58,807 nt of DNA, from positions 1 through 58,807 of IMG/VR virus record IMGVR_UViG_3300005332_000001. One strand, given 5' to 3'. Below, piece by piece: positions 36,569 to 46,072 of this stretch; within the stretch, counting starts at the first letter, position 1; every line of letters starts with the position of its first letter. Both the position numbers and the translations under genes were made by a program. The stretch comes from a virus. Taxonomy: Duplodnaviria; Caudoviricetes. Under the pieces are notes generated by a model. It saw only the letters and a list, made by a program, of their open reading frames with translations. It was not told the DNA's origin and made no database searches.

Positions 36569-36994
36569 ATGCCAACATCACGAGCAGGACACAACGACGC
36601 GCAGCAGGCAGCCCGCCTGAACTGGTTCGGCGGGAGCGCCTACCCGGCAGCGCCAACGAATACCTACCTCGGCCTCTATGCAGGCAAAATGCCGCTTTCT
36701 GACGGCTCAGGTGGCACAGAGGTCTCGCCGGCCACTCGCCCTGCCATCACCTTTGGCGCGGTCGCCGTGGATGCCAATGGCCGGCACTACATGGCGAACA
36801 ACGCCGTAAACGGCATCACGTTGACCAACGCCAGTGCTGCCGAAATTATTGGCTTTGGGATCTTCTCGGCCAATTCAGGCGGCACGCCGATCTACTATGA
36901 TCGCCTGCCAGGCGCATTTCAGGCCGCCGCGGGCGGGACAGTCAGCATTCCAGCCGGCGCGATCCGCGTCTATGCAGAGCCGCCCACGATTTAA
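36569..36994 (+). CDS. Virion structural protein (fibre/decoration-like)
   Basis: TYLGLY..GTEVS..RPAITFG; Gly/Ala/Thr-rich. Confidence 0.7.
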   Translation: MPTSRAGHNDAQQAARLNWFGGSAYPAAPTNTYLGLYAGKMPLSDGSGGTEVSPATRPAITFGAVAVDANGRHYMANNAVNGITLTNASAAEIIGFGIFSANSGGTPIYYDRLPGAFQAAAGGTVSIPAGAIRVYAEPPTI

Positions 36995-37011
36995 GGAAGG
37001 AGGGCGAGAAC

Positions 37012-37377
37012 GTGAGTCAAGTAACAGTTTTATCGCTGCCATCATCCGCACGCGCGACTTACACCAGTGGTCAGTTGCCCACCACCACGGCCAATGGCCA
37101 GATCCAGGTGCTGGCAGTTGATATCAACGTCACTGCCCTCACCGGCGGCGTGTCGCCCACGGTGACCTTCAAGCTCTCGCGTGTGGGCGCGGACGGCGTG
37201 CTCTACCAGGTGTGGCTGCCTACCGCCTTGAGTGCGCCGGGCGTACTCAGTACGACCATTGGGCCTGGCTGCGTGGTGAACGCGGACCTGGGCGACCTGT
37301 TCCAATTGGATATGGTTGTGACCGGCGCGCCCACCTCGATCACCTTTAGCGCGTCCCTGAAGGCCAAAGTATGGTAG
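37012..37377 (+). CDS. Virion structural beta-rich protein
   Basis: GGAGG RBS; Thr/Val-rich. Confidence 0.7.
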   Translation: MSQVTVLSLPSSARATYTSGQLPTTTANGQIQVLAVDINVTALTGGVSPTVTFKLSRVGADGVLYQVWLPTALSAPGVLSTTIGPGCVVNADLGDLFQLDMVVTGAPTSITFSASLKAKVW

Positions 37378-37379
37378 GT

Positions 37380-37410
37380 ATACTCAATCATTGAGTATTC
37401 AATCATTGAC
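37380..37410. promoter_or_regulatory. Palindromic operator-like tandem overlapping TTGACA
   Basis: ATACTCAAT-C-ATTGAGTAT; second copy TATTCAATCATTGAC. Confidence 0.5.
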
Positions 37411-37436
37411 AACAAGCAGGAGAATACGGTACACTT

Positions 37437-38117
37437 ATGGGAGAAGAGAACAATCCACCAGCGCCCCAGGCGGGTGCTGGTGATCCGATAAATCCACCGG
37501 GCCAGGCGCCCACTACACCACCGACTGATCCCCAGGCGGGAGAAGGTCAAAAGCCACCAAAGAGCGCTGACGACTATGAGCGCATGATTGCCGAACTGCG
37601 TAAAGAGAGCGCTGCCCATCGTACCAAACTCAAAAAGTTTGAGGATGAAGAGGCCAAGCGGCTTGAAGCGCAACTGACCGAGCAGCAGAAAAAGGATAAG
37701 CAATTCGCTGATCTGCAAAAAGCCCACGATGATGCACTCCGCTCTCACCAGGAGTACAAGGTATCCACTGAGGTACGCTTGCAAGCGGCGCAAATGGGCT
37801 TCGCGGATCTGAGCGATGCTACCAGACTGCTTGACTGGTCACAGATCACCTACGACGATGATGGCACGCCCAACAACGTGGCCGCACTGCTCAAAGACCT
37901 GCTCAAGGCCAAGCCGTATCTTGCAGGTAAGCCAGCGGCAACACCACCAACGAGTGGAGGCGCGACCAATCCGCCGCGCTCGCAGACCAGCGGGCAGCAG
38001 GAGATCACCGACGCTTTCATTGCGCAGCTTACACCGGCTCAGTATAGTAGCCTTACTCCTGACATGAAACTCAGGGTCAGTCAGTATATGCAGAGCAGGG
38101 TCGACCAGCGCCGATAA
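37437..38117 (+). CDS. Capsid scaffolding protein
   Basis: Pro-rich N-terminus, ELRKESAAHR coiled coil, LLKAKPYL; precedes capsid. Confidence 0.85.
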   Translation: MGEENNPPAPQAGAGDPINPPGQAPTTPPTDPQAGEGQKPPKSADDYERMIAELRKESAAHRTKLKKFEDEEAKRLEAQLTEQQKKDKQFADLQKAHDDALRSHQEYKVSTEVRLQAAQMGFADLSDATRLLDWSQITYDDDGTPNNVAALLKDLLKAKPYLAGKPAATPPTSGGATNPPRSQTSGQQEITDAFIAQLTPAQYSSLTPDMKLRVSQYMQSRVDQRR

Positions 38118-38124
38118 AAATGAT

Positions 38125-38195
38125 GATCTTTTATACCTTGTCCTGAGCACCGGCCACGTGTCCGATGTTCTGGAGAGGGTGATGGGAGATAGAGC
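38125..38195 (+). promoter_or_regulatory. RBS-sequestering hairpin, copy 1 (capsid 5' UTR)
   Basis: 55/71 identical to 42167-42236 with four compensatory pairs. Confidence 0.8.
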
Positions 38196-39122
38196 ATGTC
38201 GCTCAACAATTTTATACCCCAGATTTGGGCCGATACCCTTCTGCCCGCTCTGCGCCTGAATCTGGTCTACGGCAATCTTTTCAACGACGATTACCAGGGC
38301 CAGATTGAGAAGATGGGAGACACGGTGAAGATCAACGCCATCGGCGATATCACCGTGAGCAACTACACAAAAGATACCGACCTGAACCCACCCCAGGCGC
38401 TCACAGACGCTCAATCGATGTTGGTCATTAACCAGGCCAAATATTACAACTTCGACGTTGATGACGTTGACGCGGCACAGAGCAGCGTGAATGTCATGAC
38501 CGAAGCCATGTCCTGGGCCGCGTACAAGATCGCGCTGGGCATGGATCAATTCTATGCCGGGTATTATACCGACGCGCTGGTCGCCAACCTCGTCGGTTCC
38601 TCTGGCTCTCCAGTCGTGCCGCAGGCCGCCACTCAGGCCAATATTGGCGGCGGCCAGACCGTGTATGACTACCTGGTCATCCTCGGCCAATTCCTCACGC
38701 AGGCCGGCGTCCCCAAGAAAGGCCGCTGGGCAGTGCTGCCACCGTGGGTCCGCGTCCTCCTGCTCCAGGATATCCGTTTTACCTCATTTAACACGCCTGA
38801 GGCGCGATTGACCATCACCAGCGGCAAGCTGGACGCTTCTGCCGGTATGGCGACCGATGCCTATCTCGGGCAGATCGACGGGATGGATTGCTACGAGAGC
38901 GTCAACGCCCCGCACCTCGGCGGCACGGTCGGCGCGACGGGCTCCCAGGATGTCGTGATGGCTGGCCACCGGATGGCGCTCACCAAGGCCGAGGGCATCA
39001 ACAAGGTCGAGGCTTATCGCCCGCCCTACCGCTTCTCGGATGCCGTGAAAGGTCTCGCATTGTACGGCGCGAAGACCGTGCGCCCGTATGCATTGGCCGT
39101 CGCGTACCTACAACACCCGTAA
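38196..39122 (+). CDS. Major capsid protein
   Basis: NNFIPQIWA; GDTVKI; FDVDDVDAAQS; FSDAVKGLALYGAKTVRP. Confidence 0.93.
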   Translation: MSLNNFIPQIWADTLLPALRLNLVYGNLFNDDYQGQIEKMGDTVKINAIGDITVSNYTKDTDLNPPQALTDAQSMLVINQAKYYNFDVDDVDAAQSSVNVMTEAMSWAAYKIALGMDQFYAGYYTDALVANLVGSSGSPVVPQAATQANIGGGQTVYDYLVILGQFLTQAGVPKKGRWAVLPPWVRVLLLQDIRFTSFNTPEARLTITSGKLDASAGMATDAYLGQIDGMDCYESVNAPHLGGTVGATGSQDVVMAGHRMALTKAEGINKVEAYRPPYRFSDAVKGLALYGAKTVRPYALAVAYLQHP

Positions 39123-39146
39123 GGCGGGAGAAAGGAGACACACGAG

Positions 39147-39602
39147 ATGGCGAGAACATCACTTCCCATCACGAACCTGGCCGCCAACAGCGCGGTCACG
39201 AACTTGACCAATGCGGGCGCGAACATGACTGCCGTAGACAACGTCAATGGCATGACCATCGCCATGCCCTCAAATGTTATCCCGGCTCAGGGCTCAGGCG
39301 AGCGCCTGGTGCTCCTGGTCTTGAACACCAACGGCGTCGGCCAGACGGTCACGGTACGCGCTGCGACAAAGGACGGCGGCGCTTCCAAAGCCGGCGCGGG
39401 CACGCAGGGTCCACCATTCACGCCTGGATTTGAAGGCGGCAAGGGGGATTTCACGAGTGCAGCCATGACCGCAACCACTGGCATCGGGGTCATCGGGCCG
39501 TTCGATCCGGCGCGCTTTGTGCAGCCTGACGGCACGATCAGCGTGGACTTTTCCGGGGCCACCGGCTTTGTCTCGGCGCTCCTGCTCCAGCGCGCATTCT
39601 AA
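39147..39602 (+). CDS. Capsid decoration/minor structural protein
   Basis: Follows capsid; IGPFDPARFVQPDG. Confidence 0.7.
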   Translation: MARTSLPITNLAANSAVTNLTNAGANMTAVDNVNGMTIAMPSNVIPAQGSGERLVLLVLNTNGVGQTVTVRAATKDGGASKAGAGTQGPPFTPGFEGGKGDFTSAAMTATTGIGVIGPFDPARFVQPDGTISVDFSGATGFVSALLLQRAF

Positions 39603-39625
39603 TACGAGAAAGCGAGACATTGTCC

Positions 39626-40015
39626 ATGAGCGAAACGGCAACCGCAACCGAAACGGCAACACTTGCTCCGATGACACCGGGAGGCGTCTGGATGGTTGCG
39701 CCCGGCGAAAACATGCCCCCTGTCTACGTCGTGGCGCGTGAGCACCAGCACAGGCTGATGACGCGTAGCCAGGAAGAGGGCGGCCCTTGGTACGTGGTGC
39801 CTGATCCGCGTGACCCCCACGCCGTGCGCGTGCAGTCAGAGGAGGCAGATCTGGCAAAGCGGCTGGCAGAGCTGCAAGCCATGCGCGCCCAGAAGATGCG
39901 CGAGCACGAACTGCGTGCCCAAATCGCGACATTGGAGGCGGAACTCTTGCCTGGTGAGTCGGCTCAACCAGCGGAAAAGCCCGAAGCTCGGCATACTGCT
40001 GGGAAGTCGAAATAA
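39626..40015 (+). CDS. Hypothetical protein
   Basis: Operon order; coiled-coil end. Confidence 0.65.
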   Translation: MSETATATETATLAPMTPGGVWMVAPGENMPPVYVVAREHQHRLMTRSQEEGGPWYVVPDPRDPHAVRVQSEEADLAKRLAELQAMRAQKMREHELRAQIATLEAELLPGESAQPAEKPEARHTAGKSK

Positions 40016-40027
40016 GGAGATGCAGCT

Positions 40028-40690
40028 ATGCCTGTGAGACCTACGATGGCGCAGTTGATCGCACGCGTCAGATTGCTCATAGCCGACCCAGTCGGACCAA
40101 ACAACCAGTTCCTGGATCAGGACATCCAGGACACGCTGGATGAGTCCGTGGACTTCTTGCGCTATGAGAGCCTGATGATCGCACCAACGATCATGAATGC
40201 GGCGTCAACGGGCAACCAGGCAAGCACGATCTTCATCAATTACTTCTCAAAATACCAGTGGTGGGAACAGGATGTGGTGCTCCAAGGCTACTCGAACGGC
40301 CAGGCCTGGGTTGTTATCGCGCCTGCGCAGAGCGATTACATCAACGGCCACTGGTGGTTTGAGACACCGAGCCTGGAATTTACCGCGCCCACGGTTCCAG
40401 GCCAGTTGCCGCCGATCTTCGCAACGGGCAAGGTCTATGACCCATATGGCGCGGCTGCGGATTTGCTGGAGTTTTGGTCAGCGACGCTGGCGGCGGCCTA
40501 CGACGTGACGGTCGATGGCCAGACGATGCGCCGCTCGCAACTAATGCAGGCAAAGCTCACGCTGGCCGCGCAATACCGGCGCAAAGCCAAACCGCGTGTC
40601 GCAAAGATGGACCGACGCGACGTGCTGCCACAGATCGACTCGATGAAAATGCGCCTGCTCGATAACAGCGACACGGTGAAGGGAGCATAA
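40028..40690 (+). CDS. Head-tail connector-like protein
   Basis: RVRLLIAD..FLDQDI; YGAAADLLE; position. Confidence 0.7.
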   Translation: MPVRPTMAQLIARVRLLIADPVGPNNQFLDQDIQDTLDESVDFLRYESLMIAPTIMNAASTGNQASTIFINYFSKYQWWEQDVVLQGYSNGQAWVVIAPAQSDYINGHWWFETPSLEFTAPTVPGQLPPIFATGKVYDPYGAAADLLEFWSATLAAAYDVTVDGQTMRRSQLMQAKLTLAAQYRRKAKPRVAKMDRRDVLPQIDSMKMRLLDNSDTVKGA

Positions 40691-40693
40691 GCT

Positions 40694-41080
40694 ATGCCAA
40701 TGCTGCCGATTTCCGCTGCCGAACTGGCCCTGATCCAGGCCGATGCTGCCGCAGCGGCGTGTGACCAAGCCTGCACGATCAAACGTGCGGCGCGCACGCC
40801 TGACGCGCAGGGCGGCGCCAGTGTGACGTGGAACGTTGTTCTGCAAAATGGTTCGAGCACGGTCAACGCAGGCATGGCTGAGCCGAGTTCCACGCAACTC
40901 GCGAACTATCAATATATGATTGGTTCCCTGGCGGCCTGGCAGATTCGCTTCCCGGTCGGAACTGACGTTCAGGAGCAGGATCAGCTCATCATCGGCGGGC
41001 AAACGCTCAACGTAGTGAAGATCCTGACGCCTCGCTCGTACCCGGCGCTCGTAACTGCCCTGGCCGCGGAGGTGAAGTAA
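40694..41080 (+). CDS. Head closure/adaptor protein
   Basis: CTIKR..PDAQGG..W; FPVGTDV..QDQLII. Confidence 0.75.
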   Translation: MPMLPISAAELALIQADAAAAACDQACTIKRAARTPDAQGGASVTWNVVLQNGSSTVNAGMAEPSSTQLANYQYMIGSLAAWQIRFPVGTDVQEQDQLIIGGQTLNVVKILTPRSYPALVTALAAEVK

Positions 41081-41529
41081 TGGCTGATGCATCGGGTGCG
41101 ACACAAGCGGCATTCATTGCCCGCCTGAGAGGGGATGCGACGCTGCAAGGACTCATGACCAGCGGCTCAAGCCCCGAGTGGAGCATTTACGACCAGGGCG
41201 GCGGCGGCATTATCACGCCAGTCTTTCCATATGTGTATGTGCATCCGATCGCCTCTCAAAAAGGGGCTGCTTGGGTGATGGGAACAGATGCCAGCGATGT
41301 GTTCATGCTGGTCAACGTCTACACGCGCTACGAGGGCTTTGCACAGGCGCGGGCGATTGCCGCGCGCTGTTATCAGTTGCTCGATGGACCATCAGGAGCG
41401 GCACCACTGGTTATCACTGGTTTCGCTACGGTCTCGGTGACCCATGCCAACCGCCAGGAGCTAGAGGAGACCCAGGACAGCCTGGTCCAGCATATCGCGG
41501 ATCGGTACACGATCATGACGCAAGGATAG
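41080..41529 (+). CDS. Tail terminator (DUF3168-like)
   Basis: ARLRGDATL; IYD; FPYVYV. Confidence 0.75.
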   Translation: MADASGATQAAFIARLRGDATLQGLMTSGSSPEWSIYDQGGGGIITPVFPYVYVHPIASQKGAAWVMGTDASDVFMLVNVYTRYEGFAQARAIAARCYQLLDGPSGAAPLVITGFATVSVTHANRQELEETQDSLVQHIADRYTIMTQG

Positions 41530-41539
41530 GAGCACCTGT

Positions 41540-41887
41540 ATGGCTGGAGTGGTACTCGGCACAGTCGGGATCGATAAGATCATAGGGCAAGTCGCGCAAG
41601 GCATTGCCAACATGGAGGAGCGGGTTGACCGGGCTGTGCAGAAAGCAGGACTCGACTGTGAGCGCTATGCCAAGCAGCGCTGCCCAGTGGACACAGGAAA
41701 CCTGCGCGCTTCCATTACTTATGAGAACACAGGGCGGTTCCAGTGCATGGTAGGGACCAACGTCGAGTACGCCCCCTACGTTGAGCTGGGTACGAGTCGC
41801 CAGGCGGCTCAACCCTATCTCTTCCCGGCCTATGCGCGGGCAAAGTCCAAACTCATGGACGCATTGAAAGCGATCAGGATGGGATAA
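41540..41887 (+). CDS. HK97 gp10-family tail component
   Basis: PVDTGNLRASI; YAPYVELGTSRQAAQPYLFPA. Confidence 0.92.
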   Translation: MAGVVLGTVGIDKIIGQVAQGIANMEERVDRAVQKAGLDCERYAKQRCPVDTGNLRASITYENTGRFQCMVGTNVEYAPYVELGTSRQAAQPYLFPAYARAKSKLMDALKAIRMG

Positions 41888-42157
41888 ATGAGCAAAGTAC
41901 GAATCGTCAACAACGGCCAGCCAGGCTGGATGACGCAGGTCACGGACGCCGAAACAGGTAAGCCGATCCCGATGGTCAGGCATATTGATATCTCGCTCGG
42001 CGTGCAGGGTGTGCCGACGGCCACAATCTTCACGCACGTCTTGCCAGAGATCGATGTGACCGTTGAAGGTGTCATCAAAAACACCTGTCCCTGTTGCGGG
42101 CAGGAAGTACCAATTCTCAACACGCCGGAAGCGCCGCCCGCGCCCACTGGCGAATAA
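41888..42157 (+). CDS. Hypothetical protein
   Basis: TAAATG junction; CPCCG. Confidence 0.65.
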   Translation: MSKVRIVNNGQPGWMTQVTDAETGKPIPMVRHIDISLGVQGVPTATIFTHVLPEIDVTVEGVIKNTCPCCGQEVPILNTPEAPPAPTGE

Positions 42158-42166
42158 CAACTTACC

Positions 42167-42236
42167 GATCTTTTGTATCTCGGCCTGAGCACCTGGCACG
42201 CTCAGATGTTCTGGCGGGGATGATGGAGGATACATC
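42167..42236 (+). promoter_or_regulatory. RBS-sequestering hairpin, copy 2 (tail tube 5' UTR)
   Basis: Paralog of 38125-38195; GGAGG lies in the paired 3' arm. Confidence 0.8.
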
Positions 42237-42638
42237 ATGGGTAACGCAGTTGCCGGTTATGGCGGAAGCGTCAAAATCGGAGCGAACACTGTTGCCAACG
42301 TCAAGCAGTGGGAGCTGCCACTTGGCGCCGACCTCTACGACGTGTCAGTCCTGGGTAACCAGTGGAAGCAATATGTACCTGGTTTGCTCGGCAGTGACGC
42401 CAAGATCGACGCATTCCTTGATCTGACCGATACCAACGGCCAGGTCGCGATGCAAACAGCTATCCTCAATGGCACATCCGTCTCGCTTACCCTGCTCACG
42501 TCAACGGCAGGTGGTGCCACGCAGCACACCTATGCAGGAACGGCGTTTGTGAAAGGCATTGACTATAAAGATCCTGTCAATGCCCCGGAAGAAGTCTCGC
42601 TCACGCTCGCGTTCAGCGGCGCGATCACCTACACCTAG
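42237..42638 (+). CDS. Major tail (tube) protein
   Basis: QWEL..DLYDVS..WKQYVPGL; YAGTAFV; position. Confidence 0.85.
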   Translation: MGNAVAGYGGSVKIGANTVANVKQWELPLGADLYDVSVLGNQWKQYVPGLLGSDAKIDAFLDLTDTNGQVAMQTAILNGTSVSLTLLTSTAGGATQHTYAGTAFVKGIDYKDPVNAPEEVSLTLAFSGAITYT

Positions 42639-42652
42639 AAACGAGGTGATCT

Positions 42653-43309
42653 ATGGGCACTCCTATCGCCGGATTCGGGGGCAGCGTGATTATCACTTCT
42701 ACTCCCAACGTGGCTTTGAGTAACTACAACCTAACGGACGCCGGGGACCACAAGACGTTCAACGTGCCATCTGCTGATTTCGGCACGAAACGCTACTGGG
42801 ATCGCACGGCCACGTTTGTCGTTCAGACCGCGCCTGATGGCGTAACCTGGACCACGGTAACGAGCGGTTTCACGATTCGCTACGTCACCGGCCAGGTGTT
42901 ATTCACAAACCCGGTCGCGGGCGCTACACCGTCATGCCGCATCCAGACTGGAGCCTATCTTCCTTTCAGCACCTTTGCCAACATGAAGCAGTGGGAGGCC
43001 GCCCCTGCTCTGGATCTCTATGACTCAAGCACCTTTGGCAGCGTATGGAAAACCTACGTGCCAGGTATGCTTGGCGCTGATATCAAGCTGACCCAGTTCT
43101 ATAGCGATCTCACTTTCTCCAACCAGATCACCGCCAACACGGCCTTTATCGTCTCCTGCCTGACTGGACGCAACGCGACAGAGCGATTTGAGGGCTTCGC
43201 GCGCCTCAAATCGGACGATATCAAGGTGCCAGTGAGCGGACTGGAAGAGGAAAACTTGAACTATACCGTCGATGGCCAATGGTATTACTTCGCCGGCCAA
43301 TACGCATAG
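42653..43309 (+). CDS. Second tail-tube paralog with inserted domain
   Basis: AGFGGSV N-terminus and KQWE..DLYDSS..WKTYVPGMLG match 42237 product. Confidence 0.8.
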   Translation: MGTPIAGFGGSVIITSTPNVALSNYNLTDAGDHKTFNVPSADFGTKRYWDRTATFVVQTAPDGVTWTTVTSGFTIRYVTGQVLFTNPVAGATPSCRIQTGAYLPFSTFANMKQWEAAPALDLYDSSTFGSVWKTYVPGMLGADIKLTQFYSDLTFSNQITANTAFIVSCLTGRNATERFEGFARLKSDDIKVPVSGLEEENLNYTVDGQWYYFAGQYA

Positions 43310-43320
43310 AAAGAACACGC

Positions 43321-43692
43321 ATGGATACACTGAAAATTCGCGAGGCGTTTCTCAACGCGCCTGAAAAGACTGCAGATGTTGAGATCCCTGATTGGTTAGC
43401 CCCATATTTGGAGCCAGGCACTGAACTCATCCTCAAAGATGTGCCGGGCAACGATATGGGTCGGCTCAAAAAGCAGTGGGACAAAGACCCGAACATGGAT
43501 GAGGTCACGCAGACGGCTGCAATCATCGTGCGTTGCCTGGCGAATAAGGCGACGGGCGAACTGATTTTTCAGCTTGCAGACAGAGACGCCATCGCAAGCC
43601 GGGGAGGAACGAAACTCACCTCACTCAGCCTGCAAATTGCTGAGTTCTTTGGTTTCGACAAAAACGCGATTGCCAACGCGAAAAAAAACTAG
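43321..43692 (+). CDS. Tail assembly chaperone (G)
   Basis: Precedes tape measure; ends AKKN at slippery site. Confidence 0.85.
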   Translation: MDTLKIREAFLNAPEKTADVEIPDWLAPYLEPGTELILKDVPGNDMGRLKKQWDKDPNMDEVTQTAAIIVRCLANKATGELIFQLADRDAIASRGGTKLTSLSLQIAEFFGFDKNAIANAKKN

Positions 43693-43865
43693 AGTCTGAC
43701 CCGAACGAAGTATTCTGGTTCACGCTCGCGCGCCGCGTGACGCATACGAGCGTGGCGATGACCAAGCAAATGATCGGCCAATCCGAGTATTGGGACTGGC
43801 GAGCCTACTTTGAAATGGTCGCGAAAGCCGAAAAGGACGCGTGGGAAGCACGCAATAGAGGATAG
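43681..43865 (+). CDS. Tail assembly chaperone -1 frameshift extension (GT)
   Basis: AAAAAAAAC at 43681-43689; -1 frame LESDPNEVFWFTLARR...EYWDWRAYF to TAG 43865. Confidence 0.85.
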
Positions 43866-43873
43866 AGACAAAG

Positions 43874-46072
43874 ATGGATCTGGAGACGCTTGTTGTCAGC
43901 TTCGGTGCTGACCTGACCGATCTGACGCGCGGTGTTGCTGGCGCGAAGATGCTGCTGACCGGCTTCGGTCTCGCAGCACTTGGCGTTGGTGCGGCGTCCG
44001 TCAAGATGGCAGGCGACTTCCAGGCATCCATGACATCTCTGGTGACAGGTGCTGGTGAAAGCCAGAAGAACATCGGACTGGTGAGCCAGGGCATCCTCAA
44101 GATGGCGACAGAGACGGGCACATCCACGAAGCAGCTCTCCGACGGCATGTATATGATCGAGTCCGCGGGCTATCACGGGCAAGCAGGCCTGGATGTGCTG
44201 CGCGCGGCTGCCGAGGGCGCGAAGGTCGGCAATGCTGACCTGGGCGTAGTCGCAGATGGCGTGACCACGATCATGACCGACTACGCCGATAAGAACGTGA
44301 GCGCAGCTGCGGCCACTAACTTCTTGGTGGCCACCGTCGCTTCTGGCAAGACCCATATGCAGGACCTCTCAGCCTCCCTGGCCTCCATTCTGCCCACAGC
44401 CAGCTCCGTGAAGGTGGGACTGGGCGACGTGATGGGTGCGATGGCGACGATGACCGGTGAAGGAGTGCCAGCAGCCGATGCGGCGACGTATCTGCGTCAG
44501 ACGCTCATGCAACTGGCCTCGCCCTCCAAATCTGGTGCCAAGGCGTTGGAAGACATTGGCCTGTCGGCACAGCAGGTCAGTGATTCCATGAAAGTCTCCC
44601 TGCCGGCGACGCTCGGGATGATCATGGACCATCTGAAAAATAAATTCCCCGAGGGGTCCATCGCCTTCCAGGATGCGCTTAAAAACATCGCCGGCGGCAG
44701 CAAGCAGATGCAGGGCATGCTGGATCTCACCGGCACGCACCTGCAAACCTTCAAGGATAACGTGGACAACATCTCTGGGGCGGTCAAGAAAGGTGGCAGC
44801 GGGATCTCGGGGTGGTCCGATGTGCAGAAGGACTTCAACTTCAAAATGGACCAGGCAAAGGCGGGCGTTGAAACGCTGGGCATCGACATCGGCAGTGTAC
44901 TGCTCCCGCCACTAAGCAATATCGTTGGGGCTATTGGTCCCATCCTCACCAATTTTGATAACTGGTTTGTGAAAAGCGGACTACTTCAGAATACTCTGAA
45001 CACGCTTGGTACATCGATCCAAAATGTCTCGCACTTTCTGAATGATCACCAGGGCATCATTTTGGGAGTGGCGGGTGCTCTCACGGCTTTCTATATCCCG
45101 GCGATCATTAAATCAGGCGTGGAGTCCGTGGTGGCCGGGGCCAAGATGGCCAGTCAGTTTATCACGAAGATCGTCATGGCTGGCGTCGAGGGCTACCAGG
45201 CGGCAGCCAAGCTGGTGCTCATGGTTGGTCAGTTTATTGCGTCCGGCGTGCAGGCGGTGATTGCTGGCGCCAAGATGACAGCCTCTTTTATCGCGTCCAT
45301 CGTCAAGGCGGGCGCATCCGCTGTAGTTACTGCTGGCCAATTCATCGCCTCGCTCATTCCGGCGATCATCTCGTTTATCGCCCAGTCTGTCGTGGCCGCT
45401 GCGACCGCCATACCGGGCATGATTGCAGGTTTTATCGCGTGGACAGCGGGGGCGTGGGCCGCTGCAGCTGCCACGATTGCCGCGACCTGGCCGATTTTGG
45501 CGATCATTGTCGCCATCGGGCTGCTGGTGGGTGCGATCATCTACCTCTGGACGCATTGGTCGCAAGTAACCGCCTGGGTCAAGGCGGCGTGGATTGTGAC
45601 CACTATCATTCTGCAAGAGGCACTCAAAAACGTAGCACATTTCTTCCAGAACGTCTGGGATGGCATCGTGGGCGGGATCAAGTCTGGGATAAATTGGATA
45701 ATCGGAGCCATTGATAACTTTATAGATGGTGTCAATAAGCTCGGCATTGACTTTGGCCCGATCCACATCCATCCGCCAAAGATCCCGGACATTCCAAAAC
45801 TCGCAATGGGCGGCGTGGTGCCTCCTGGTGGTATGGCGGTTGCTGGAGAGACCGGCAAGCCTGAGCTGGTCCTGGGCGGCACAAGCGGCGCGACGGTGCT
45901 GGGCGTCTCACAAACAGCATCCCTGATGCGCGGAGGCGGTGGTGGCAAACAAACACTGGTGATTCCGCTGATTGTCAACGGTCACGAGCTCGCACGCGCA
46001 GTGATCGACGACCTGGGCGAGGCGTTGCTTTCCGGTATGCGCAGCGCAGGCCATCCGGTGGGAGGGATCTAA
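43874..46072 (+). CDS. Tape measure protein
   Basis: Long Ala/Gly helical protein; IPKLAMGG..AGETGKPE C-terminus. Confidence 0.93.
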   Translation: MDLETLVVSFGADLTDLTRGVAGAKMLLTGFGLAALGVGAASVKMAGDFQASMTSLVTGAGESQKNIGLVSQGILKMATETGTSTKQLSDGMYMIESAGYHGQAGLDVLRAAAEGAKVGNADLGVVADGVTTIMTDYADKNVSAAAATNFLVATVASGKTHMQDLSASLASILPTASSVKVGLGDVMGAMATMTGEGVPAADAATYLRQTLMQLASPSKSGAKALEDIGLSAQQVSDSMKVSLPATLGMIMDHLKNKFPEGSIAFQDALKNIAGGSKQMQGMLDLTGTHLQTFKDNVDNISGAVKKGGSGISGWSDVQKDFNFKMDQAKAGVETLGIDIGSVLLPPLSNIVGAIGPILTNFDNWFVKSGLLQNTLNTLGTSIQNVSHFLNDHQGIILGVAGALTAFYIPAIIKSGVESVVAGAKMASQFITKIVMAGVEGYQAAAKLVLMVGQFIASGVQAVIAGAKMTASFIASIVKAGASAVVTAGQFIASLIPAIISFIAQSVVAAATAIPGMIAGFIAWTAGAWAAAAATIAATWPILAIIVAIGLLVGAIIYLWTHWSQVTAWVKAAWIVTTIILQEALKNVAHFFQNVWDGIVGGIKSGINWIIGAIDNFIDGVNKLGIDFGPIHIHPPKIPDIPKLAMGGVVPPGGMAVAGETGKPELVLGGTSGATVLGVSQTASLMRGGGGGKQTLVIPLIVNGHELARAVIDDLGEALLSGMRSAGHPVGGI

